A stretch of DNA of 64,000 nucleotides from Thermaceae bacterium (GTDB taxonomy: Bacteria > Deinococcota > Deinococci > Deinococcales > Thermaceae): NCBI GenBank assembly GCA_015478585.1, contig JADMIM010000008.1:5784-69783 (forward strand). Direction: 5' to 3'. The notes under the pieces are model-generated. The model did no database searches, was not told the DNA's origin, and worked only from the letters and a program-made list of their open reading frames with translations. The position numbers and the translations under genes are program-made. Of this stretch, positions 17,602 through 26,139 are shown one piece after another. The stretch's first letter is position 1, and every line of letters starts with the position of its first letter.

Positions 17602-19005
17602 ATGCTTGACCTGATTGTTCGTAAAGGCCAAATCGTTCAACCCGGCAGGGTTGTCCGGGCAGACCTAGGTGTTTCGGACGGCAAAATCACCCAGGTTGCC
17701 GAGGAGATTGCTGAGCCTGCTCGACAGGAAATGCAGGCCGAGGGGCTGTACGTTTTTCCCGGCCTGATTGATGTCCACGTCCACTTCAACGAGCCCGGTC
17801 ACAGCGACTGGGAGGGCATCGCTACGGGCAGTGCGGCACTCGCAGCAGGGGGTGGGACGCTGTTTTTCGATATGCCCCTGAACTCGGTTCCCTGTACTCT
17901 GGACGCGCTCAACTTTGACCTTAAAGCAGCAGCCATGCGGGCTGCTTCTGTCACCGATTTTGCCTTGTGGGGCGGCCTTACCCCGGCCAACCTCGAGCAC
18001 CTGCCCGAACTGGCCGAGCGCGGCGTAATCGGCTTCAAAGCCTTCATGTCCAACTCTGGCCTGCCGGAGTTTCCCCACGCCGACGAGGCGACCTTATACG
18101 AAGGCATGAAAATCGCGGCCCAGCTCGGGCTTCCTGTGGCTGTCCACGCTGAGAGCGAGGCCCTAACTGGATATTTCGCGCAGAAGTTGAGGTCTGAAGC
18201 TAAAACTACCTGGCGGGACTACCTGGCCTCGAGGCCGGTTTTCACCGAACTCGAGGCTATCTCCAGGGCTTTGATTCTGGCTCAGGAAACCGGCTGCAAG
18301 CTGCATATCGTTCACATCAGTTCGGGGAGCGGGGTGGTGCTGGCGGCAGAGGCCAAAGCCAGAGGGGTGGACGTGAGCCTCGAGACTTGCCCCCACTACC
18401 TGGCCTTCAGCGAGGCCGACCTCGAGCGGCTGGGAGCGGTGGGCAAATGTGCTCCGCCGCTGCGTAGTGAGGCCGAGCAAGACCTTTTGTGGGACGAGGT
18501 TCTGCGGGGCTCGCTGGACATCATCGGCTCCGACCATTCTCCCAGTCCGCCCGAACTGAAAGGACTTCTTCGCTCCCCCTCTACCTTTGGGAGAGGGAGC
18601 CGGGGGGATGAGGGGGGAGATGACTTTTTCGCCCTCTGGGGCGGGATTTCCGGGGTTCAGTCCACGCTGGCAGTGTTGCTCACCGAGGGCTGGCACCGGC
18701 TTAGCTTGCCACTGGAGGCCATCGCCCGGATGCTCGCGGACAACCCTGCGCGGCGCTTTGAGCTGGCAGCCAAGGGGCGGCTCGAGCCCGGCTACGATGC
18801 CGATTTTGCCCTGGTAGACTTGCACCAAAGTTTTAACTTAGAGCCTCAAGACCTGCGGTATCGCCATAAACAGAGCCCTTATCTGGGCCGAAGCTTTACT
18901 GGTGCGGTGCGGCAGACCTTCGTGCGCGGTCAGAAAGTATTTGACGGCGGTAGAATCGCTGCGGTAATCAACCCTGCCCTGATTCGCCCGAGGAGTCCAT
19001 CATGA
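17602..19005 (+). CDS. allB: Allantoinase
   Basis: DVHVHFNEPG, FFDMPLNSVP, GFKAFM, VHAE, HIVHISS, ETCPHYL, KCAPPLR, SDHSP, WGGISGVQ. Confidence 0.92.
   Translation: MLDLIVRKGQIVQPGRVVRADLGVSDGKITQVAEEIAEPARQEMQAEGLYVFPGLIDVHVHFNEPGHSDWEGIATGSAALAAGGGTLFFDMPLNSVPCTLDALNFDLKAAAMRAASVTDFALWGGLTPANLEHLPELAERGVIGFKAFMSNSGLPEFPHADEATLYEGMKIAAQLGLPVAVHAESEALTGYFAQKLRSEAKTTWRDYLASRPVFTELEAISRALILAQETGCKLHIVHISSGSGVVLAAEAKARGVDVSLETCPHYLAFSEADLERLGAVGKCAPPLRSEAEQDLLWDEVLRGSLDIIGSDHSPSPPELKGLLRSPSTFGRGSRGDEGGDDFFALWGGISGVQSTLAVLLTEGWHRLSLPLEAIARMLADNPARRFELAAKGRLEPGYDADFALVDLHQSFNLEPQDLRYRHKQSPYLGRSFTGAVRQTFVRGQKVFDGGRIAAVINPALIRPRSPS
18573..18615 (+). repeat. Palindromic repeat inside the allB reading frame
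   Basis: CTCCCCCTCTACCTTTGGGAGAGGGAGCCGGGGGGATGAGGGG, translated as SPSTFGRGSRGDEG. Confidence 0.7.
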
Positions 19006-19751
19006 GCCTGACCGGAGCTACCCGTACCAAAGTTCTCCCCAACCACGCCCTGCTCACCCCGGATACCTTTGTCCGGGCCTCCCTGCCGGGCTGGACGAAC
19101 GCCGCTTGCGTGGTGCATATCTCGCCGGAGATGGGTGCGTGGTTCAAGCTGTACACCGCCGAGATGAGCCAGGGTGGAACCGGGGAGATGGCCCTGATGA
19201 GCGTGCAGCGGTTTGCCTATGTTTTGCAGGGAGAAGTGGGCCTCGAGGTGGGCGCTCAGCAGCACCTTTTGCAGCCGGACGACTACGCCTATCTGCCCTC
19301 CGATGCGCCCCACCGCTTCACGGCGAAATCAGCAGCAAGACTGTTGGTCATTGACAAACCCTACCAACCCTTGATTGGCGCAGATTTGCCGCATGTGGTC
19401 GTGGGCTCTGAACCCCGCCTCATCCCCACCGCCCTGATGGGTGACGAGGCCCTCCAGGTGCGACAGATGCTGCCGGATAAGCCTTCTTTCGATATGGCTG
19501 TGAACACCATGGCCTACGTCCCCGGAGCCCATCTGCCGTTTGTCGAGACCCATGTGATGGAGCACGGGCTGCTGATGCTCGAGGGGGGCGGGATTTACCG
19601 CCTCGCCGACCAGTGGTATCCAGTTCAGGCTGGGGACGTGATTTGGATGGCTTCGTACTGCCCGCAGTGGTTTGGGGCGCTGGGCAAGACCCAGGCTAAA
19701 TATCTGATTTACAAAGATGTCAACCGGCATTCGCTGGAGGTGTTGCTGTAG
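19002..19751 (+). CDS. allE: (S)-ureidoglycine aminohydrolase (bicupin, YlbA/UGlyAH)
   Basis: VETHVMEHGLLMLEGGGIYRL, GDVIWMASYCPQWFGALG, YLIYKDVNR. Confidence 0.92.
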   Translation: MSLTGATRTKVLPNHALLTPDTFVRASLPGWTNAACVVHISPEMGAWFKLYTAEMSQGGTGEMALMSVQRFAYVLQGEVGLEVGAQQHLLQPDDYAYLPSDAPHRFTAKSAARLLVIDKPYQPLIGADLPHVVVGSEPRLIPTALMGDEALQVRQMLPDKPSFDMAVNTMAYVPGAHLPFVETHVMEHGLLMLEGGGIYRLADQWYPVQAGDVIWMASYCPQWFGALGKTQAKYLIYKDVNRHSLEVLL

Positions 19752-19825
19752 GGCCATCTTCGGGAAGCTGGTAAAAAGCGCGATATAGTGAGGTATTCGC
19801 GGATTGCGAAGATTGCCGAGGCGCT

Positions 19826-21124
19826 TTGATGATTGTCAAACCTTTGCTCGATGCCGAGCGACTGCTCGAGGAACTCGATACCCTGGCCTCTTACTCGGAT
19901 ACTCCCAAACCGGCCATCACTCGAGTAATTTTCACCAAGCCCGACCTGGAAGCCAGGGCCTACTTGGGGGGCTTGTGCCAGGAGGCCGGGCTCTCTATCC
20001 GCCAGGATGGCCTGGGCAATATCTTCGCCCGCTGGGAGGGCAGCGAACCCGATGCCCCGGCGGTGGCTACCGGTTCGCACTACGACGCGATTCCCTACGC
20101 CGGTGCCTATGACGGCACGGTGGGGGTGCTGGGGGGTCTGGAGGCCATCCGGGCCTTGCAGCGCGGGGGGTTCCGACCCAAGCGTTCCATCGAGCTGATT
20201 TTGTTCACCTCCGAGGAGCCCACCCGCTTCGGGATGGGTTGTCTGGGCAGCCGGGCTATGGCCGGGGTCTTGGGGCCGGATAACCTGCGCCAGCTCACCG
20301 ACGCTGAGGGCCGCACCCTCGAGGAAGTGCGCCAAGAGGCAGGCTATGGTGCGCCCCTGGAAGAAGTCGTGTTGCCCGAGGGCTTTTACCACTCCTTTGT
20401 GGAGCTACACATCGAACAGGGGCCGATTCTCGAGCAAGACCACGTACCGATTGGGGTGGTCACGGCCATTGCCGCCCCCGCCGCCCTGAGGGTCACGCTC
20501 GAGGGCAAGGGTGGACACGCCGGAACCGTGCTGATGCCCGATCGCCGGGATGCGCTGTGTGCGGCTGCCGAGATTATCTTGGGAGTAGAAGCCTTCGCCA
20601 AAAATAGTGGCAGCATTAATACCGTTGCTACCACGGGTTTTTGCGAGGTTTATCCCAATGCGGTCAATAGTGTGCCCAGCAAAGTGAGGCTCGAGATAGA
20701 CGTGCGGGACGTGGAGCAGGCCCGCCGCGACGGGGTGATTCGCAGCATCATCCAGGGCGTAGAGCAAGTTGGAACCCGCCGCGAAGTTGGCTACAACGTG
20801 CAGATCATCAACATTGACCCTCCTGCTAAGGCCGGCTCGGAGGTGCTCAAAGCCCTGGTTTCGTCGTGTGGCGAGGCTGGAGTCAAGTTCAAACCGATGG
20901 TCAGCCGAGCCTACCACGACTCCTTGTTCATGGCCCGTATAGCCCCTACCACCATGGTTTTTATTCCCTGCCGGGACGGGGTGAGCCACCGCCCCGACGA
21001 ATATGCAGTCCCCGAAGACATCGTGCGGGGAACTTATATTCTGGCCCTGACCCTGGCCAAGCTCTCCTATGCCGACGAAAAACCCCCCCAGGTCAAAGAC
21101 GAGCCAATGACCCTCAACGATTAG
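19826..21124 (+). CDS. M20 amidohydrolase, ureidoglycolate amidohydrolase (plant UAH)-like
   Basis: SDTPKPAITRVIF, GSHYDAIPYAGAYDG, SEEPTRFG, SRAYHDSLFMARIAP, FIPC..G.SHRPDEY: blocks that match plant UAH as I recall them; directly follows allE. Confidence 0.75.
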   Translation: MMIVKPLLDAERLLEELDTLASYSDTPKPAITRVIFTKPDLEARAYLGGLCQEAGLSIRQDGLGNIFARWEGSEPDAPAVATGSHYDAIPYAGAYDGTVGVLGGLEAIRALQRGGFRPKRSIELILFTSEEPTRFGMGCLGSRAMAGVLGPDNLRQLTDAEGRTLEEVRQEAGYGAPLEEVVLPEGFYHSFVELHIEQGPILEQDHVPIGVVTAIAAPAALRVTLEGKGGHAGTVLMPDRRDALCAAAEIILGVEAFAKNSGSINTVATTGFCEVYPNAVNSVPSKVRLEIDVRDVEQARRDGVIRSIIQGVEQVGTRREVGYNVQIINIDPPAKAGSEVLKALVSSCGEAGVKFKPMVSRAYHDSLFMARIAPTTMVFIPCRDGVSHRPDEYAVPEDIVRGTYILALTLAKLSYADEKPPQVKDEPMTLND

Positions 21125-21149
21125 AGCGGGCTCATTGTGGGCTGTAGGT

Positions 21150-21300
21150 GATACGCAAAACCCAGAAGGCTGAGGGCACAGAGCCAAACGTCGAACGCCG
21201 AAAGCTGAAAGCAAAATACCAAAGGGCCTTAAAACTTCACCAGGACAGCATAATTGCCTTATCAAAAAATACCGCCCAGGACGTGACTTGTTTGGGGCTA
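21150..21300 (-). repeat. Heptamer-armed repeat with 56-bp core, copy 1 (core 21231-21286)
   Basis: The reverse complement of the core aligns without gaps to 34961-35016 and 53785-53840; A-rich 7-nt tandem arm. Confidence 0.75.
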
Positions 21301-21329
21301 GGGGCAGGCTGGCGGCAAAAACAGGGTGA

Positions 21330-21346
21330 TGTGCGATAATTGCACA
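21330..21346 (+). promoter_or_regulatory. Extended -10 promoter with overlapping palindrome upstream of xdhA
   Basis: TGTGCGATAATTGCACA: TGn-GATAAT inside an imperfect 17-bp palindrome, followed by an AGGAGG RBS. Confidence 0.4.
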
Positions 21347-21365
21347 AACAGGAGGCTCGAGGGGT

Positions 21366-22775
21366 GTGTTTAGCTTCAAGCTCAATGGGAAAACGGTTCA
21401 AGTTTCTGAGGTAGACCCGCACACTTCTGTGCTTTCCTGGCTGCGCCAAAGGGGTCTGACCGGCAGCAAGGAAGGTTGTGCTGAGGGGGAGTGTGGGGCC
21501 TGTGCGGTGCTGCTGCTGCGACCAGATGGAGAGGGCAGCAGGCTCGAGTCGGTAAATGGCTGCTTGCTGTCGCTGCCGAGCCTGGCTGACCAGGAAGTCT
21601 GGACGGTGGAAGGCCTGGCCGACAGCGAGTTACACCCGGCCCAGGTAGCCCTGCTGCAAGGCGGTTCGCAGTGTGGCTATTGCACGCCGGGCTTTGTGGT
21701 AAGCATGGCGGCGGAATATTACCGCCAGGGGCGCCAAGACTTCGACCTCGAGGCCCTCTCCGGCAACCTCTGCCGCTGTACCGGCTACCGCCCCATCAAG
21801 GACGCGGCCCAGTCGCTGGGCAAGCCTGAGGCAGATGATGTGTTAGCGCAGAGGCTCGAGTCACCTGCTCCCGCCCTGGAAGCTTTGGATTACGTTCCTG
21901 TAGGGAGGCATAGCTATGCGTCCCTACAAACCCCACCACGATTTTTTCGGCCTACCTCCCTACCCGAACTGTTTGAAATCACCTCGAGCCATCCCCAGGC
22001 CAAACTGGTGGCGGGCGGCACCGACTGGATGGTAGAAGTCAACCAGCGCTTCTCGAGAAGCCCTGTCCAGGTCGCTATAGACCAGGTGCTAGAACTCAAG
22101 TCTCTGACCTGGACGAAGGAATACGTAGAAATTGGGGCCGGGCTCACCCTGTCCGAGATGGAGCGGGGTTTGGAAGGCCAAGTTCCCCTGCTGCACGAGT
22201 GGTTTCCCCGCTTTGCTTCTCGGCTCATCCGCAACCGGGCCACGCTCGGGGGCAATATCGCTACGGCCTCGCCCATAGGCGACTCGCCGCCGGTTTTGTT
22301 GGCGCTGGGAGCGGATTTACTGCTCTCGAGCGCAACAGGCGAACACACTGTCCCCCTGGCCGAGTTTTTCACCGGCTACCGACAGACCCTCTTGCAGCCC
22401 GGCGAACTCATCAAGGCGGTGCGAATCCCTTTGCCACTGGCCCCGATGGCCCGTTTCTACAAAATCTGCAAGCGCCCCATGGACGATATTTCCACGGTGG
22501 CGGCAGGGTTGGTGATGGAGCTGGATGGCGACACCGTGAAGTCCATCCGCATCGGCCTGGGCGGGGTGGCCCCGACCCCGGTGCGGGCTTATAAAACCGA
22601 GGCCGCTTTGTTGGGCAAGCCCTGGGATCTTCGGACGGTGCGGGTCGCGGCGGAGGTCGCGAGGGCCGAGTTCAGCCCGATTGATGACCACCGGGGCAGT
22701 GCAGCCTACCGGGTGGCAATGCTGGGAAAACTGCTCGAGAAATTCTACGCTCAGACCTCGGGGGTGCTGGCATGA
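21366..22775 (+). CDS. xdhA: Xanthine dehydrogenase small subunit (2Fe-2S and FAD)
   Basis: GSKEGCAEGECGAC, QCGYCTPG, GNLCRCTGY, AGGTD, RNRATLGGNIATASPIGD. Confidence 0.95.
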   Translation: MFSFKLNGKTVQVSEVDPHTSVLSWLRQRGLTGSKEGCAEGECGACAVLLLRPDGEGSRLESVNGCLLSLPSLADQEVWTVEGLADSELHPAQVALLQGGSQCGYCTPGFVVSMAAEYYRQGRQDFDLEALSGNLCRCTGYRPIKDAAQSLGKPEADDVLAQRLESPAPALEALDYVPVGRHSYASLQTPPRFFRPTSLPELFEITSSHPQAKLVAGGTDWMVEVNQRFSRSPVQVAIDQVLELKSLTWTKEYVEIGAGLTLSEMERGLEGQVPLLHEWFPRFASRLIRNRATLGGNIATASPIGDSPPVLLALGADLLLSSATGEHTVPLAEFFTGYRQTLLQPGELIKAVRIPLPLAPMARFYKICKRPMDDISTVAAGLVMELDGDTVKSIRIGLGGVAPTPVRAYKTEAALLGKPWDLRTVRVAAEVARAEFSPIDDHRGSAAYRVAMLGKLLEKFYAQTSGVLA

Positions 22776-25135
22776 AAATCGTCGGGAAGGCCATTCCCCA
22801 CGAGTCGGCGGGTGAGCACGTTACGGGCCAGGCACTCTACACCGATGATTTGCTGGGTCGCTATCCAAACCTGCTCCAGGCTTGGCCGGTGCAAGCTCCG
22901 CAGGCCCGCGCTCGCATCACCCAGATGGATGTTTCGGTGGCCCAGGAGGTTCCTGGTGTGGTCAAAGTCCTGACTGCCGGGGACGTGCCCGGTATCAACG
23001 ACTCGCATACCCACCACGACGAGCCCTTGTTCCCCTCCGAAGTGATGTTCTGGGGCCAGGCGGTGGCCTGGGTGCTGGCCGAGAGCGAAGAGGCCGCGCG
23101 GCTGGGGGCGGAAAAAGTTCGGGTCGAATATCAGCCGCTTCCGGCTATTCTCACCCTCAAGGAGGCAATTGGGCAGGACAGTTTTCAGGGCTCGACCCTG
23201 CGGGCCCGGCGCGGAGATGCTGAGCAGGGCTTGCAGAACGCACCCCTGACCCTCGAGGGTGAGCTAGAAATCGGCGGGCAGGAACACTTCTACCTCGAGA
23301 CCCAGGCTTCGCTGGCCGCCCTGGACGAGACTGGGAATGTGGTCGTTCAATCTTCCACCCAGCACCCCAGCGAAACTCAGCAGGTCGTGGCCCAGGTGCT
23401 AAACCTGCCGCGCAACCGGGTGGTGGTGCAGTGTCTGCGCATGGGTGGGGGCTTCGGCGGGAAGGAGACCCAGGCCAACCCCTACGCCTCGGTGGCTGCG
23501 CTGGGAACTTGGCTCACCAAACGTCCGGTGCGGGTGCGGCTGAACCGTGTCCAGGACATCACCCTCTCCGGCAAGCGCCACCCCTTTTATGGGCGCTGGA
23601 AAGTGGGTTTCACCGCTGAAGGTCAGCTTCTGGCCTTGAAAATGGAACTTTATGCCGATGGCGGCTGGTCGCTCGACCTATCCGAAGCCGTGCTTGCCAG
23701 GGCGGTTTGCCACTCTGACAATGCCTATTACATTCCCCACATGGACGTGACCGGGCGAGTTTGCAAGACCCACAAGACCTCCCAGACTGCTTTTCGGGGC
23801 TTTGGCGGGCCACAAGGTATGGTCTTTATCGAGGAAGTTCTGGATCAGGTGGCCCGTTCGCTGAGGCTTCACCCGGAGGAGGTGCGGGAGCGAAACTTTT
23901 ACGGGGTGGGGGGCTCATGGCCCAGCGATTCGGAAGAAGGTTTGGTTTCCACCGACCCCGACCCCGCAACCGTCACCACCCACTATGGTCAGACTGTCAA
24001 GGACTGGGAGCGCACCCTACTCATCTGGAACGCACTCAAGGAGAGCAGTGATTTCGCCCGGCGCAGGGCCGAAATCATTGAGTTCAACGTGGTTAATCCT
24101 CAGGCCAAGCGCGGCCTCGCCATCACCCCGGTCAAGTTTGGCATCTCCTTCAACATGACCGCTTTCAACCAGGCCGGGGCGCTGGTTCTGATCTACCAGG
24201 ATGGCTCGGTACAGCTCAACCACGGCGGAACCGAGATGGGGCAAGGGTTACATACCAAGATGCTTCAGGTGGCGGCCCAGACCCTGGGAGTGCCGCTGGA
24301 ATCGGTACGTCTGATGCCCACCCGCACCGACAAAGTGCCCAACACCTCGGCTACGGCGGCCTCGAGCGGAACCGACCTCAACGGCGGTGCGGTGAAGGAT
24401 GCTTGCGAGCAGCTCAAGGCCCGTTTAGCGGGCGTGGCGGCGCAGGATTTCGGGGTGAGCCCGCAGGATGTGATGTTCGAGGGCGGGCAAGTCTGGTCTA
24501 TCTGGAACCCCGAACAGGCCGTGCCCTTCGCACAAGTGGTGCATAAAGCCTATCTTCAGCGTGTCCAGCTCTTGTCCGACGGCTTTTACCGCACCCCTAA
24601 TCTGCACTGGGACAAGAGCCGGATGTGGGGCCAGCCTTTTCATTACTTTGCCTATGGCGCGGCGGTAGCCGAGGTCGAGGTGGATGGTTTTACCGGGGCT
24701 TATAAGGTGCGCCAGGTGGACATCCTGCACGACGTGGGCGACTCACTCTCGCCGCTGGTAGACAAGGGCCAGGTGGAGGGCGGCTTCGTTCAGGGTATGG
24801 GCTGGCTGACCCTCGAGGATTTGCGCTGGGATGCAAAAGGCCAGGTTGCCACCCGTTCGGCCAGTACCTACAAACTTCCCAGTTTCTCCGAGCTGCCCGA
24901 GGTCTTCAACGTCCAGTTGCTGCCCAAAGCCAGCGAGCCGGGCGTGGTCTATGGTTCTAAAGCGGTGGGCGAGCCGCCTTTGATGCTGGCAATTTCGGTG
25001 CGTGAAGCCCTGCGCGACGCGGTAGGCGCTTTCGGAGAGGGGGGAATCGTGGAGCTGGCCTCACCGGCTACACCGGAGGCGGTGTTCTGGGCGATTGAGC
25101 GGGTGCGCGAGAGGGTTTTGGTGTCGGGGGATTGA
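22772..25135 (+). CDS. xdhB: Xanthine dehydrogenase molybdopterin-binding subunit
   Basis: QEHFYLE, RMGGGFGGKETQ, AFRGFGGPQG, GTEMGQG, TAASSG, GQVEGGFVQG, KAVGEPP. Confidence 0.96.
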   Translation: MKIVGKAIPHESAGEHVTGQALYTDDLLGRYPNLLQAWPVQAPQARARITQMDVSVAQEVPGVVKVLTAGDVPGINDSHTHHDEPLFPSEVMFWGQAVAWVLAESEEAARLGAEKVRVEYQPLPAILTLKEAIGQDSFQGSTLRARRGDAEQGLQNAPLTLEGELEIGGQEHFYLETQASLAALDETGNVVVQSSTQHPSETQQVVAQVLNLPRNRVVVQCLRMGGGFGGKETQANPYASVAALGTWLTKRPVRVRLNRVQDITLSGKRHPFYGRWKVGFTAEGQLLALKMELYADGGWSLDLSEAVLARAVCHSDNAYYIPHMDVTGRVCKTHKTSQTAFRGFGGPQGMVFIEEVLDQVARSLRLHPEEVRERNFYGVGGSWPSDSEEGLVSTDPDPATVTTHYGQTVKDWERTLLIWNALKESSDFARRRAEIIEFNVVNPQAKRGLAITPVKFGISFNMTAFNQAGALVLIYQDGSVQLNHGGTEMGQGLHTKMLQVAAQTLGVPLESVRLMPTRTDKVPNTSATAASSGTDLNGGAVKDACEQLKARLAGVAAQDFGVSPQDVMFEGGQVWSIWNPEQAVPFAQVVHKAYLQRVQLLSDGFYRTPNLHWDKSRMWGQPFHYFAYGAAVAEVEVDGFTGAYKVRQVDILHDVGDSLSPLVDKGQVEGGFVQGMGWLTLEDLRWDAKGQVATRSASTYKLPSFSELPEVFNVQLLPKASEPGVVYGSKAVGEPPLMLAISVREALRDAVGAFGEGGIVELASPATPEAVFWAIERVRERVLVSGD

Positions 25136-25140
25136 CGGGG

Positions 25141-25299
25141 ATGGCCTGGTTATTTTTCGTGGTGACCCTAGCTTTTGGGGGACTATATTTATGGCGTTCT
25201 GTTCGCCGTAGGAAGCGTCGCTTAGGTTTCATGCAAGGAAGGGTAGATGACACGTTCTTTCACCCTCTCGACGACGAAGAGCTAAAGGACTGGAACTAG
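25141..25299 (+). CDS. Small (52 aa) hypothetical membrane protein, absent from the ORF track
   Basis: MAWLFFVVTLAFGGLYLWRSVRRRKRRLGFMQGRVDDTFFHPLDDEELKDWN; fills the xdhB-xdhC gap almost exactly (5 nt and 3 nt spacers). Confidence 0.55.
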   Translation: MAWLFFVVTLAFGGLYLWRSVRRRKRRLGFMQGRVDDTFFHPLDDEELKDWN

Positions 25300-25302
25300 G
25301 CT

Positions 25303-26139
25303 ATGCGCTGGCTCGAGCATCTGGCCCGTCTAAGGGAACAAAAAGTTCCGCTGGTGATGGTCACGCTCATTCAGGTCAGGGGTCATGCCCCGCGCGAGGC
25401 CGGAGCTAAGATGCTCGTCACTGACCAGGCCACCTACGACACCATCGGTGGGGGAAACCTCGAGGCTACCACTATCGCGCTGGCACGGGAAATATTAGCG
25501 GCTGTAGGGGTGGGTCTCAGACCTGCCCCTACGACCCACACCATTCGATTGACCGAGAAGGCTCCTGCCGAATACGGTCTACAGTGCTGCGGCGGCGAGG
25601 TGACGGTTTTGCTCGAGCCTATAGTTTCGGCTAAGCCCACGGTCGCTATTTTCGGCGTGGGGAACGTGGGTCTGGCACTGGCAAAAACCCTTTCCATCTT
25701 GCCCATCGAGCTGTGGCTGGTGGACTCGAGAACCGAGATGCTCGAGGATTCTCGCCTGGCCGCGCTATATGCTCAGGGAGCCGAGATTCGGGTTTTCCCT
25801 GTCCCCATACCAGAATCTATCATTCAAGATTTGCCCTCTGGGAGCCATATCCTCAGCATGACCCACGACCACGCCGAGGATTTAGCCGTTCTCGAGGCCA
25901 CTTTGCGCCGAGGCGACCTGGGCTTTATGGGCCTGATTGGCTCGAGCACCAAGTGGAGCAACTTTCAACAAAAACTGCGCCAGCAGGGTTTTGCCCCAGA
26001 TGCCCTGGCCCGCGTCACCTGCCCCATCGGGCTTCCCAGCGTTCCTGGCAAGAGCCCCGAAGCCATCGCCATCGCCACCGCAGCACAACTAGTGCCCCTG
26101 TTGTTTCCCGCTACTCAAAACCAGACCAAATCGGTATGA
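25303..26139 (+). CDS. xdhC: Xanthine dehydrogenase accessory protein
   Basis: GHAPREAGAKM, TIGGGNLE, QCCGGEV, MTHDHAED, GLIGSSTK, CPIG. Confidence 0.93.
   Translation: MRWLEHLARLREQKVPLVMVTLIQVRGHAPREAGAKMLVTDQATYDTIGGGNLEATTIALAREILAAVGVGLRPAPTTHTIRLTEKAPAEYGLQCCGGEVTVLLEPIVSAKPTVAIFGVGNVGLALAKTLSILPIELWLVDSRTEMLEDSRLAALYAQGAEIRVFPVPIPESIIQDLPSGSHILSMTHDHAEDLAVLEATLRRGDLGFMGLIGSSTKWSNFQQKLRQQGFAPDALARVTCPIGLPSVPGKSPEAIAIATAAQLVPLLFPATQNQTKSV

Noticed and set aside
20405-21385. 326-aa minus-strand ORF
   Set aside because: Antisense to the UAH-like gene and runs through the heptamer repeat; no recognisable domain
23890-23980. Apparent insertion in XdhB (GVGGSWPSDSEEGLVSTDPDP)
   Set aside because: A variable loop occurs at this position in Rhodobacter-type XdhB, and there is no DNA similarity to the local repeats
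25713-26135. Long N-terminal extensions in the ORF track (also from 12120, 15082, 15828, 17413, 28426, 41796 and 45784)
   Set aside because: They overlap upstream genes in another frame; true starts are supported by RBS, -10 boxes or stop/start coupling
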